Part shown: positions 19,114 through 28,425 of the stretch, piece after piece | Layout: the number at the start of each line of letters is the position of its first letter | Position numbering within the stretch: the stretch's first letter is position 1 | Virus record (IMG/VR): IMGVR_UViG_2786546706_000001 | Span: 4,285 to 68,284 of that record | Direction: 5' to 3' (one strand) | Length of the DNA: 64,000 nucleotides | Source of the DNA: a virus | The notes under the pieces: generated by a model | What the model was told of the DNA's origin: nothing | Databases searched by the model: none | Seen by the model: the letters and a program-made list of their open reading frames with translations, nothing else | Position numbers and translations under genes: made by a program

Positions 19114-20272
19114 TCTGCATTAAAGTGTGGATGATGCCGACCTGTCGCAGCCACTCGTCCACCACCATGCCGAAATCATCGTAATCATATCCTGACCGGT
19201 TGGATGCGTCAAGGATAATCGTCCGCTCTGACCGCCCGATTTTCACCAGAAACTTCGCCCGGATGATCCGACCCATGCTCGACAGCTTGAAATGATGCCG
19301 TTCCATGTCCCGGAACAGGTCTCCGTCATCCGCCTCCAGGATTGCTGACATTCCGTCGCTCCCGCTGAGGAACGCCTTGATCGACAGCAGGGAGATGCTC
19401 TTCACCTCCGCCGCCCCGTGATAGACGAGGATGTTCCGACCGAGTTCCCTGATCTTGTCCAGATCGTTGATGCGCGGAGCGGAAAAGGCATCGTAATCAT
19501 TGAAGAGGCTCTTGCCGAGCTGCCTGCAGTAGGCATCCTCCATCCACTTGGGACTGGTGGGGATGCCCAACCGCAATTCCCCGGTATCTCTATTGATGCT
19601 CAAAGTGTTGTAACTTTCCGGCTGAAAACCGATGGTCTTAGATTTCCTGCCGTTCATGACGATGCCCTGCCGACGGTAGGAGTCGCCATGCCGGACAAGC
19701 AGCACGAGTTCGCGGCTGTCGTTCTCCGTCAGGGTCACACGGGCCGTGTTTCCGTAGTTCTTCGACTGGAAAATCAGATTCATTCCCTCTTCGAAGTCGC
19801 GGATCTGCGCCGGAGTGATGACCAGATTGCGGATGTCCCGCCGCGTCGCCCGCATCGCAAAGGACTTCTTTTTCAGTGCGGCATAGTCCGTCTCAAGAAC
19901 GCTGAGTTCTTCGGGGTCATGGAGATACACCAGCAGAGCCATATCCGCCGTGGACATGGTGTCCGTCAGTTCACCGGCATAACTGCTTCTCGAAATGAAA
20001 GTCCGCAGGACGTCGTTGAAGCATTCCATGCTGGTGGCTCCGACAAGCGCGAAGCCGTTAAAAAGTTCCTCGTATTCGCCGACGAACATCTGATTCGAAA
20101 GGATTTCCGCAAGCCTGTCATAATCGAAGGTCTCCTCGGTCGCGCCTTCGATCTGGAACTGCATCCGGTCGAAATAGCCCTTGTAGCGTCCCACCATTTC
20201 CAGTAGACGCTGAAACGAGAATTTTCGTAGGACCTCCGGGTTCTTGAATTTTCGTAAATTACTCCCCGCCAT
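19052..20272 (-). CDS. Hypothetical protein of the repressor operon
   Basis: 406-aa ORF overlapping lexA end, GGAGG RBS. Confidence 0.75.
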   Translation of the reverse strand: MAGSNLRKFKNPEVLRKFSFQRLLEMVGRYKGYFDRMQFQIEGATEETFDYDRLAEILSNQMFVGEYEELFNGFALVGATSMECFNDVLRTFISRSSYAGELTDTMSTADMALLVYLHDPEELSVLETDYAALKKKSFAMRATRRDIRNLVITPAQIRDFEEGMNLIFQSKNYGNTARVTLTENDSRELVLLVRHGDSYRRQGIVMNGRKSKTIGFQPESYNTLSINRDTGELRLGIPTSPKWMEDAYCRQLGKSLFNDYDAFSAPRINDLDKIRELGRNILVYHGAAEVKSISLLSIKAFLSGSDGMSAILEADDGDLFRDMERHHFKLSSMGRIIRAKFLVKIGRSERTIILDASNRSGYDYDDFGMVVDEWLRQVGIIHTLMQNDEAIHVELLADECKIAAAV

Positions 20273-20921
20273 TGTTATCTGCCTCCTGTTTGATGATACC
20301 CACCATTTTGCCGATAACCCGGAAGGAGTCGTAACGAGTAAGCTCAATGGGGTTGAATTCCGGATTCTCCGCTTCCAGCGCGATGCGGTCGGGGCGGTTC
20401 ACGAGCCGTTTCAGCGTCACTTCATTGTTGACGGACGCCGCCACAATGTCCCCGTCCGCGGCAATGGGCTGGTGGCGGATGATGACGATGTCGCCGGTTC
20501 TGATGCCAGCGCCGATCATGCTGTCGCCCTTCACGCGCAGTGCAAACACATCCCCGTTGGTGGTGAGAGCTTTATCCACGGAAACAGTTTCATCGCCGCT
20601 CCGGTCTTCGAACTCCTCCACAGGCACACCGCCGGGGATTTCGCCGAGGACAGGGATCTGAACTGTGACAAGAGCTTCCGGCTCAACAGCTTTATTGATC
20701 ACATACGGCTTGGTGGCTCCCTTTTCAATGCGTTTCAAGTAACCTTTGGAAACCAGCTCCTGAAGAATATCATAGATGCTCGGCACGGATATTCCGAACG
20801 CATCGGCCAACTGCTGCATCCTCGGCATTTTCCCATATGTCGAGAAAAACCGACAGATCTCCTGCATCACTTCCGCCTGCCGTCTCGTGATGTTCTCTTC
20901 CTTATGTCTTCCCTGTCCCAT
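20259..20921 (-). CDS. lexA: LexA-like repressor (wHTH + S24 peptidase)
   Basis: TRRQAEV...P...LADAFG; GDSM (Ser) and VTLK (Lys); LEAENPEF. Confidence 0.88.
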   Translation of the reverse strand: MGQGRHKEENITRRQAEVMQEICRFFSTYGKMPRMQQLADAFGISVPSIYDILQELVSKGYLKRIEKGATKPYVINKAVEPEALVTVQIPVLGEIPGGVPVEEFEDRSGDETVSVDKALTTNGDVFALRVKGDSMIGAGIRTGDIVIIRHQPIAADGDIVAASVNNEVTLKRLVNRPDRIALEAENPEFNPIELTRYDSFRVIGKMVGIIKQEADNNGGE

Positions 20922-20955
20922 AGCGGACTCCTTTTCTTCCTAAAACAACAGGCAT

Positions 20956-20983
20956 AATATACACCATCCGGAGATTATTTCAA
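20956..20983 (-). promoter_or_regulatory. Sigma70-like promoter of lexA operon
   Basis: Minus strand TTGAAA-N16-TATATT. Confidence 0.45.
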
Positions 20984-21091
20984 ATCGTCTCCGATGGCGA
21001 AAAATCACTCTCTCCCTCAACCGGTTTTTCGATGCAGGTCTCTAAATGCCTGATTCTGACCTTGCGTTAAAAAATTTTTCGATTTTTTTTG

Positions 21092-21141
21092 AAAAATAGG
21101 GGCCAAAATGCACCCCTGGGTGGCGATAACCCCGATAGAGA
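21092..21141 (+). promoter_or_regulatory. Shared 50-bp promoter motif, rightward copy
   Basis: AAAAATAGGGGCCAAAATGCACCCCTGGGTGGCGATAACCCCGATAGAGA 30 bp upstream of MTase ATG. Confidence 0.75.
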
Positions 21142-21170
21142 CACATTGATTCAACAACGAAAGGACCAGC

Positions 21171-23336
21171 ATGAGATACGGCAGTATTTGCAGCGGAGTT
21201 GAGGCGGCGAGCCTTGCCTGGCGGCATCTCGGGTGGACTCCGGCCTTCTTCTCGGAGGTGGAGCCGTTCCCGGCGGCGGTGCTGATGCAGCGGCTCGGCG
21301 CGACGAAACCGCTCCGACCGCTTGATCCGGATGCCGCATCGGATGAAAAAGACCGGAAGCAACGCCTTTCCTGGCAGTCCCTGATCGCGGAAATGCCGGA
21401 CGGCGGCACGACTCCGAACCTTGGAGATTTTACCCTAATAAAAAAGGATGATTATGACGGACAAATCGACCTGCTCGTCGGGGGGACGCCTTGTCAAGAC
21501 CTCTCAATTGCCGGAAAACGACTGGGATTTGACGGTTCTCGGAGCGTCCTCGCTCTCGACTTTGTACGACTTTGCTTTGAAACTGGAACGCGCTGGGTGC
21601 TGTGGGAAAATGTCCCCGCGACACTTTCAAGCCACAACGGAGAGGACTTCGCAAGATTTGTTTCTCTCCTCTGCGGCTGGGACGTCCCCGTGCCGGATGA
21701 CGGTTGGCGGAAGTCAGGGATCGTCACCGGAACCCCCGGTCATTTCGGTGTATGCTGGCGAATACTTGACGCTCAATACACCCGAGTTTCCAAATTTCCA
21801 AGGGCGGTCCCGCAGCGAAGGAAGCGTCTCTTCCTTGTCGGATATCTTGATCATTGGAAATATCCCGCTCAAGTATTATTTGACGGTGAAATGTGCGGAG
21901 GGAATTCTCCGCCGTGCCGAACGAAGGGGCAAACCGCTCCCGCCGGTGCTGAAGGCGGCATTGATACGGCAAAGTCAATCCGGATGCGGTGCGGAAAACC
22001 GGGAGGAGGCAAAGGAGCTCTCATCGGAGATGACCTGAGCCACACGCTGGCGACCGGAAACGATCAGACGGTCGTTTACACCGTCCACGGCGCGCAGACC
22101 CCGATCAGCAACGACGATCACGCCAATGCCCTCGGATGCAGCAACAGCGGCCTTGAGAACTGCGTCTGCGTTTCCAAGCAGAAGAAGCCGGAAGGCCGTT
22201 TCTGGAACGGAGAGGATGTCGCAGGGACGCTCACCGTCACCAGCGACCGCCAGCTGATGCCAGACAAGGGACGGCTGCAGTGTGTGATCGAACCGCGGGA
22301 AGATTCCGTGGAGTGTCTGGACACCCGGCAAGTGGATGTGCATGACACGGATCTCGCGCCAACGCTGATCGCCACGGACTACAAGGGCGGCAAGGCGATC
22401 TGCTTTCAGCAGAACAGCAGAGATGAGGTCCGTCTCATAAGTCAGGACGGGACAGTCGCCGGGGCGCTCACGGCAAGTCCCGGAGCAAAACAGCAGAACT
22501 ACCTCTGCTATGAGAACCACGCCCAGGACTCCCGGATCAAGCCCGTGGAGGTCTCTCAGTCCATTGTCGCCCGGATGGGGACTGGCGGAGGGAATCTTCC
22601 GCTGGTGAAGGAGCCCGATGTCATCGGCTTCATCAAAAACGATGCTGGCGGCATTCAACAGGGATTCTGGAAGAATGTCTTTCCGACGCTCCGGGCGGCG
22701 ATCACTCCGGCGATCACCTGGAATGAGTGCTTCCATCTCTCCTTCTGCGATGCCAACGGGACGAGAAAGGACCGGAAGAACGGCGGTCTCTACGTGACGA
22801 AGGCTGAAACGAGCCAGACGGTCACGACCAAGGGACCGCACACGGAAACGGTCGTCATCGCCCTTGACGGGGACAAGATGGCGAAAGCCGAACGCAAAGG
22901 CGGTTCCGGTCTGGGGGTGAGCGAAGACGGCGTGATGTATACGCAGACCGTCAAAGATGTTCACGCCGTGGCCTACGATGAATGCGTTCCGCTGGACCTG
23001 CGAAACGCCACCCGCGATCCGGAGAAGCACGATGCCCAAAACCGACAGGGAGTCGGCGTTGGCGAAGACGGCGCTCCGATGAACACGGTGACGGCGGCAT
23101 CCGTTCCCGGTGTCGGCTGGCAGGCTACGGTGAGGAAACTGCTCCCGATTGAATGTGAAAGGCTTATGGGGTTCCCCGACAACTGGACCCGGATTTCCTG
23201 GAAAGGTAAGCCGGAAGAGGAATGTCCCGACGCCCCGCGCTACAAAGCATGCGGCAACTCGATGTGTGTCAACGTGATGGCGTGGATCGGAGAACGGATT
23301 GAAACGGTAAACCAAAAACTACTTCAAATGAAGTAA
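21171..23336 (+). CDS. DNA (cytosine-5) methyltransferase with greatly expanded variable region
   Basis: CSGVEA (I), GTPCQ (IV), ENV (VI), PQRRKR (VIII), RKLLPIECERLMGFP (IX), YKACGNS (X). Confidence 0.92.
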   Translation: MRYGSICSGVEAASLAWRHLGWTPAFFSEVEPFPAAVLMQRLGATKPLRPLDPDAASDEKDRKQRLSWQSLIAEMPDGGTTPNLGDFTLIKKDDYDGQIDLLVGGTPCQDLSIAGKRLGFDGSRSVLALDFVRLCFETGTRWVLWENVPATLSSHNGEDFARFVSLLCGWDVPVPDDGWRKSGIVTGTPGHFGVCWRILDAQYTRVSKFPRAVPQRRKRLFLVGYLDHWKYPAQVLFDGEMCGGNSPPCRTKGQTAPAGAEGGIDTAKSIRMRCGKPGGGKGALIGDDLSHTLATGNDQTVVYTVHGAQTPISNDDHANALGCSNSGLENCVCVSKQKKPEGRFWNGEDVAGTLTVTSDRQLMPDKGRLQCVIEPREDSVECLDTRQVDVHDTDLAPTLIATDYKGGKAICFQQNSRDEVRLISQDGTVAGALTASPGAKQQNYLCYENHAQDSRIKPVEVSQSIVARMGTGGGNLPLVKEPDVIGFIKNDAGGIQQGFWKNVFPTLRAAITPAITWNECFHLSFCDANGTRKDRKNGGLYVTKAETSQTVTTKGPHTETVVIALDGDKMAKAERKGGSGLGVSEDGVMYTQTVKDVHAVAYDECVPLDLRNATRDPEKHDAQNRQGVGVGEDGAPMNTVTAASVPGVGWQATVRKLLPIECERLMGFPDNWTRISWKGKPEEECPDAPRYKACGNSMCVNVMAWIGERIETVNQKLLQMK
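21454..22038 (+). CDS. Nested +1-frame ORF resembling the alternative-frame beta subunit of M.EcoHK31I-type methyltransferases
   Basis: Open ~195 codons, AAAGGA RBS, SSLSDIL...PLKYYLTVKCAEGILRRAERRGKPLPPVLKAAL. Confidence 0.65.
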   Translation: MTDKSTCSSGGRLVKTSQLPENDWDLTVLGASSLSTLYDFALKLERAGCCGKMSPRHFQATTERTSQDLFLSSAAGTSPCRMTVGGSQGSSPEPPVISVYAGEYLTLNTPEFPNFQGRSRSEGSVSSLSDILIIGNIPLKYYLTVKCAEGILRRAERRGKPLPPVLKAALIRQSQSGCGAENREEAKELSSEMT

Positions 23337-23364
23337 TAAATTTCTAAGTCAACGGAGGTCAAGG

Positions 23365-23589
23365 ATGTGTGAAACCGAACCCGGATGCCGGAGATGTTCC
23401 AGACAGTACAGCAAGCTGCTCTCGGAATACTGGTATCAGAGACGGCAGATCCGCAAGATGCGGAAGGCGTTTGCCGCCATCGAGTGTGCATTGACGCACA
23501 AGTGCGAGCATGCCACTGAGTTCATCATCGGAGAATGCGAGGCGTATCGCGGCAGATACGAACAGAGGTGTCCCAATGACGAAAAGTGA
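23365..23589 (+). CDS. Hypothetical Cys-rich protein
   Basis: 74 aa, GGAGG RBS. Confidence 0.55.
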   Translation: MCETEPGCRRCSRQYSKLLSEYWYQRRQIRKMRKAFAAIECALTHKCEHATEFIIGECEAYRGRYEQRCPNDEK

Positions 23590-23776
23590 AACCATCGAGG
23601 AAAGCATCCGGAAGAATGCGTCCGGGCCGAAGTCCGCCGAAGTCGACGGACAGCGCGTCGAACAGCATTCTCTCAAGGACCAGATCGCGGCGGATGAATA
23701 TCTCGCGTCGAAAAAGGCTGTGAAATCCCGCAACAGCGGCCTGAAGATAACGAAACTGAGCCATTCAGGGGCGTGA
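23576..23776 (+). CDS. gpW-like head-tail joining protein
   Basis: GPKSAEVDGQRVEQHSLKDQI, immediately before lambda-type portal. Confidence 0.7.
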   Translation: MTKSETIEESIRKNASGPKSAEVDGQRVEQHSLKDQIAADEYLASKKAVKSRNSGLKITKLSHSGA

Positions 23777-23786
23777 GGAGTCATCC

Positions 23787-25199
23787 ATGTTCAACAAGAT
23801 CAAATCAATTTTCCGGAGCAGAACACCTCCGAAACAGAAGGTGGTCAAGGCCCGCTTCGATGCGGCGCAGACCACGACCGACAACCACCGGCATTGGGCG
23901 GCGGCCGATCATCTCTCCGCCGACATGGAGGCGTCGCCGGAAGTCCGGCGCACCCTCCGGCAGAGGGCCCGTTACGAGGTAGCGAACAACTCGTATGCCA
24001 AGGGATTGGTGCAGATGCTGGCCAACGACACCATCGGAACGGGACCGCGCCTCCAGATGCTCTCCGGAGACGAAAATTTCAACGACGAGGTGGAAACCGC
24101 GTTCAGCAAATGGGCGGATGCGGTTCACCTCCCGGCGAAACTCCGAACCATGCGGATGGCAAGATGTCAGGACGGCGAGGCATTCGCGGTGCTGGCGACC
24201 AATCCCAAAGTCCGTCACGAAGTCAAGCTGGACCTGATGCTGGTGGAAGCCGACCGCATCTCCGGCGATCTCAAATGGGTCGAGGATGACAGGAGCGTGG
24301 ACGGCATCACCTTTGACCAGTGGGGCAACCCTCTCTCATACAGGGTCCTGAAATACCACCCCGGAGACATCCACTACATGCCGGGAGACGAGGCGGTCCG
24401 GGTACCTGCGGAATTTATGATCCATATCTTCCGTCAGGACCGCCCCGGTCTCCATCGCGGCATTCCGGAACTGACCGCCGCGCTCCCGTTGTTCGCCCAG
24501 CTGAGACGTTACAATCTGGCTGTGCTTTCAGCGGCAGAAGCCGCAGCGGACTTTGCAGCAATCCTCTATACCGACGCGCCCCCAAACGGGGAATCGGACG
24601 AGGTGGAGCCGATGGACAGCATCCCTCTCGAAAGGAATATGATGCTGACCGTCCCGGCCGGATGGAAGATGGGACAGCTCGATCCCAAGCAGCCGGCTGC
24701 GAACCATTCGGAATTTGTGAAGATCATCCTTTCCGAAATCGCCCGGTGCGCCGTCACGACCTACGGGACGCTGGCGGGGGACTTCAGCGGCCACAACTAC
24801 GCCAGCGGCAGACTCGACAATCAGATCTATCACAAGTCGATTCTGGTCGACAGGTCGTTCTGGGAAAGCGAAGTCCTGAACAGGATCTTCGAGGTGTGGT
24901 TCCGGGAATACCTGCTCACGACCATGCAGCCTTTCATGTCAGAAAGGCACACATGGTTCTGGGACGGATTCCCCCATGTCGATCCGAGCAAGGAAGCGGC
25001 CGCACAGGAGAAACGGCTGGCGAACAACACGACCACGCTCGCGGCGGAATGCGCCAAGGACGGCAGAGACTACATGTCGGTCCTGCACCAACGGGCGAAG
25101 GAAATCAGACTGATGAAGCAGCTGGGCATCCCCATCGCCGGGGAAGAACCGGCAGAAACACCAACCGAACCGGAAGACGGTTCAGAACCCAAGGAGTAG
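23787..25199 (+). CDS. Phage portal protein, lambda family
   Basis: LRQRARYEVANNSYA, DGEAF, RPGLHRGIP, GDFSGHNYASGRL, VDPSKEA. Confidence 0.92.
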   Translation: MFNKIKSIFRSRTPPKQKVVKARFDAAQTTTDNHRHWAAADHLSADMEASPEVRRTLRQRARYEVANNSYAKGLVQMLANDTIGTGPRLQMLSGDENFNDEVETAFSKWADAVHLPAKLRTMRMARCQDGEAFAVLATNPKVRHEVKLDLMLVEADRISGDLKWVEDDRSVDGITFDQWGNPLSYRVLKYHPGDIHYMPGDEAVRVPAEFMIHIFRQDRPGLHRGIPELTAALPLFAQLRRYNLAVLSAAEAAADFAAILYTDAPPNGESDEVEPMDSIPLERNMMLTVPAGWKMGQLDPKQPAANHSEFVKIILSEIARCAVTTYGTLAGDFSGHNYASGRLDNQIYHKSILVDRSFWESEVLNRIFEVWFREYLLTTMQPFMSERHTWFWDGFPHVDPSKEAAAQEKRLANNTTTLAAECAKDGRDYMSVLHQRAKEIRLMKQLGIPIAGEEPAETPTEPEDGSEPKE

Positions 25200-25205
25200 T
25201 GAACA

Positions 25206-27248
25206 TTGAGTGAATTCACCCTCATCGAAGCGGCGGGCGGGAAGCCCAAAGTCGCCGGAATTGCCTACAGCGGCGGGAAAATGAATCTGCCGGGATGGAA
25301 GCATCCGGTGGTCGTCGATCTCGCCGGGATGGAGATTCCCGACACCGTGCCGCTTCTGGCAAATCACGAGAACAAGACCGAGGCCCGCGTGGGAATGATC
25401 TCCGCCAGCGTGAAGAACAACGCGCTGGAGATCACCGGCGAAATCGTCTCGGAGAATGACGATGCGAAGAACATTGTCGCACAGAGCAAGGCCGGTGCGG
25501 ACTGGCAGCTCTCCATCGGAGCCGATGTGAAAGAGTGCGAACTCGTCCAGGGCAAGCGCGAAGTGAACGGACAGGAAGTGGAAGGACCCTTCTACCACAT
25601 CAAGAAGTCCGTCCTCCGGGAAGTCAGCATCGTCGCGGTCGGGGCCGATGCCCACACCGCAATGAAAGTCACCGCCAAATTCAACATCACCAACCCCAAC
25701 CATGAAGGAGAAAAAAACACCATGTCCGAGGAAAAGAAAGACCTCAAGACCGTGACCGCCGCCGCTCCCGCCAAGACGGAGCCCGAAAAGAAGGTGGAAG
25801 CCGCCGCTCCCGCCGTCCCCGCCGTCAAACCGGAGCAGAAGCCCGACACGGCGAAAGCGGAGGCCGCTCCCGCCGCGATCACCGCCAGCGCGACCGATCT
25901 GACGGCGACCGCCCGTGAAGCCGCTGTCGCGGCCGTCAAGGCCGAACGTGAGCGCGTCAGCGCCATTCAGTCGATCTGCAACGGAGAGTTTCCCGAGATC
26001 GAGAGGGAAGCAATCAGCGCCGGGTGGACGCCCGAAGTCGTGACCAAGAAGGTTCTGGAAACCATCCGCGCCGAACGTCCCGCCGCCAACGTCAACATCA
26101 GCGTGAAGACCTCCCCCGAAGGCGGCGAAATGCGCAAGACCATCGAAGCGGCGATGTGCCTCCGGGTCGGCGTGAGCGCCGACCAGCTCGAAAAGTCCTA
26201 CGGCGCACAGGTCGTGGAAGCCGGTATGCGCGACATGGACATGCCGCTCCGCCAGCTTCTGATCGAGTGCATGAAGCTCGACGGCATCCCGTATTCCCGC
26301 GGCTTCGACAACGAGACCATCCGGGCGGCGTTCAGCTCCGTGAGTCTCCCCGGCATTCTCAGTAACGTGGCGAACAAAAAGCTGCTTCAGTCCTACGAAG
26401 CGCAGCCGGTGATCGCCACCAAGCTGTGCTCCACCGGCGACCTGAACGATTTCAAGGAGAACGACCGGTTCCGTCTGACCGACGTCGGCGATCTGCTGCC
26501 CATCGCGGCGGACGGCGAAATCAAGGACGGCGGCCTCATCGAAGAATCCGCGAAGAACCAGCTCGACACCTACGGCAAGAAATTCTGCCTGACGCGCAAG
26601 ATGATCATCAACGATGATCTGGGGGCGTTCATGAAAGTCCCCGTGGCGATGGGCAACCGCGCCGCAAGGCTGATCGACCAGCTGTTCTTCTCCCGGCTGC
26701 TCCGCAACCCGGCGCAGCAGGACGGCAAGGCGCTGTTTTCCACCGCTCACCGGAACCTGCTCTCCGGAGCGTCCAGCGCGCTGAGCGCCGACAGTCTCAA
26801 GAAGGCCATCCAGCTGTTCCTCGATCAGGTGGACGGCGACGGGCAGCCGATCAGCGTGGAACCGCGTTACCTGCTGGTCCCGACCGCTCTGAAGCACCTC
26901 GCCATCGAACTCACTCAGGGCGCGACCCTCATCATGAGCGGGAGCGACAACGCGGTCCGTCCGGCGTTGAATGTGCTTGCGGATGAGAACCTGCGCGTTG
27001 TCTCCAGCCCGTATCTCGGCAACAGCGCCTACGACGGAGCCAGCCAGACCGCATGGTATCTCTTCGGCGATCCGAAGACCGTCGATACCTGGGAAATCGG
27101 GTATCTGAAGGGCAAGCGCACCCCGACCGTGGAACGCGGCGAAACCGACTTCAACACTCTGGGCCTGTGGTTCAGGGTCTACTTCGATCTCGGCGTCCGC
27201 GAACAGGACCATCGCGGCATGGTCAAGGCCATCGGAGCCGCCAACTAA
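25206..27248 (+). CDS. Prohead protease-major capsid fusion (Mu gpT-like capsid)
   Basis: AYSGG, H, WQLSIGA, LREVSIVAVGAD; Ala/Pro-rich linker; TYGKKFCLTRKMIINDDLGAF, PRYLLVP. Confidence 0.9.
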   Translation: MSEFTLIEAAGGKPKVAGIAYSGGKMNLPGWKHPVVVDLAGMEIPDTVPLLANHENKTEARVGMISASVKNNALEITGEIVSENDDAKNIVAQSKAGADWQLSIGADVKECELVQGKREVNGQEVEGPFYHIKKSVLREVSIVAVGADAHTAMKVTAKFNITNPNHEGEKNTMSEEKKDLKTVTAAAPAKTEPEKKVEAAAPAVPAVKPEQKPDTAKAEAAPAAITASATDLTATAREAAVAAVKAERERVSAIQSICNGEFPEIEREAISAGWTPEVVTKKVLETIRAERPAANVNISVKTSPEGGEMRKTIEAAMCLRVGVSADQLEKSYGAQVVEAGMRDMDMPLRQLLIECMKLDGIPYSRGFDNETIRAAFSSVSLPGILSNVANKKLLQSYEAQPVIATKLCSTGDLNDFKENDRFRLTDVGDLLPIAADGEIKDGGLIEESAKNQLDTYGKKFCLTRKMIINDDLGAFMKVPVAMGNRAARLIDQLFFSRLLRNPAQQDGKALFSTAHRNLLSGASSALSADSLKKAIQLFLDQVDGDGQPISVEPRYLLVPTALKHLAIELTQGATLIMSGSDNAVRPALNVLADENLRVVSSPYLGNSAYDGASQTAWYLFGDPKTVDTWEIGYLKGKRTPTVERGETDFNTLGLWFRVYFDLGVREQDHRGMVKAIGAAN

Positions 27249-27319
27249 GGCATCCCCTCCGGGCGGGCAGCCGCCCGGATCACCCTTAACTCTCACAAAT
27301 CACAAGGAGAAACATCATA

Positions 27320-27835
27320 ATGCTCGCTCGTTACGTTCAAAAGGGAGACTCTATTGACTATCGTCCCGACACCGCTGTCGCCGCGGGTGACGTCATCGTC
27401 ATCGCCGATCTGATCGGCATCGCCAGACTCGACATCGAAGCCCATACCCTCGGCAGTCTCGCCGTGGTCGGTGTCTTCGACATCACCAAGGCCGATGGCC
27501 AGATCCCGGCCGGAGCGACCGTCTATTGGGACGCAGGTGCGCGGAAAGCCACCCTCGTTTCCGGGTCCAACCATTACCTCGGCAAGGCGATCCTCGCCGC
27601 CGACGCGGAAGCCGAAACGGTCCGGGTCCTGCTCAACGCCCCGTATTCCCTTGCCACCGAATTCGTGGCCGGTGATCCCATCAGCGATCTGGTCGACAAC
27701 TCGGGCGGCACTCCCTCCGAGACCATCGCCCCGATCCAGGAATGCGAATGCAAGGACGCGATCGCCTCCCTGATCCGCAAGACCAACGCGATCCTCGCCG
27801 CTCTCCGCGCGGTGGGCATCATCGCCGAGGAGTAA
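27320..27835 (+). CDS. DUF2190 capsid cement/decoration protein
   Basis: YVQKGDSIDY...AGDVIV...GIA...GVF...G..VYWD. Confidence 0.85.
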   Translation: MLARYVQKGDSIDYRPDTAVAAGDVIVIADLIGIARLDIEAHTLGSLAVVGVFDITKADGQIPAGATVYWDAGARKATLVSGSNHYLGKAILAADAEAETVRVLLNAPYSLATEFVAGDPISDLVDNSGGTPSETIAPIQECECKDAIASLIRKTNAILAALRAVGIIAEE

Positions 27836-28191
27836 TGGGTCTGCTGGAGGAAGCGGCGGCGTGGCTGAATGACCAAAGGGAAGAGTGTCTTTCCGTGCCG
27901 ATAGAGTATCTGTCAAAGGGCGGAACTCCCGCCCGGATGACGGCTACCATCGGCCGGACGCTCTTCCGCTCGGAGAATGAATACGGCGTGACGATCCGGG
28001 TCGAAAGCCGGGACTTCCTGGTGAGTGCCGATCAGATGCCGCGGGAACCGCAGCGAGGAGACCGGATCACCTACGCCGGACGCATCTACGAGGTCCTCGC
28101 CCCAAACGGCGAACCCGTGTGGCGCTGGTCCGGTCCGCAGCACGTTACCCGCCGCATCCACACAAAAGAGATTGGAGGAATCAATGGCTGA
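27835..28191 (+). CDS. Head-tail connector/head closure protein
   Basis: Position; RDFLV...EPQRGDRI...YEV...WRWS...RIHTK. Confidence 0.7.
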   Translation: MGLLEEAAAWLNDQREECLSVPIEYLSKGGTPARMTATIGRTLFRSENEYGVTIRVESRDFLVSADQMPREPQRGDRITYAGRIYEVLAPNGEPVWRWSGPQHVTRRIHTKEIGGING

Positions 28192-28423
28192 AGATGAAGT
28201 CCCGAACCTCCGGGATGTCTGGGAACAGCTCCAGCAGGCTCGGATGGACATCGCCGAACTCCGGGGTATGCTGACCATGCATTTCCGCGACGGCGAACAC
28301 CACCATCCGCCCTGCAAGGCGGCGGCCGACATGCAGAAGACCATGCTCTCTGCAGTCGGCGCGGCACTGCTGGCGCTGATGGCGGCGGTCGGAAGCATCA
28401 TCGCGGAATTTCTGCGGAGGTGA
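28184..28423 (+). CDS. Coiled-coil + single TM protein (holin-like)
   Basis: 79 aa with C-terminal hydrophobic helix AVGAALLALMAAVGSII. Confidence 0.5.
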   Translation: MAEDEVPNLRDVWEQLQQARMDIAELRGMLTMHFRDGEHHHPPCKAAADMQKTMLSAVGAALLALMAAVGSIIAEFLRR

Positions 28424-28425
28424 TT

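Noticed and set aside
25182-27296. 704-aa minus-strand ORF
   Set aside because: Antisense shadow of the capsid gene caused by high-GC codon bias; no motifs.
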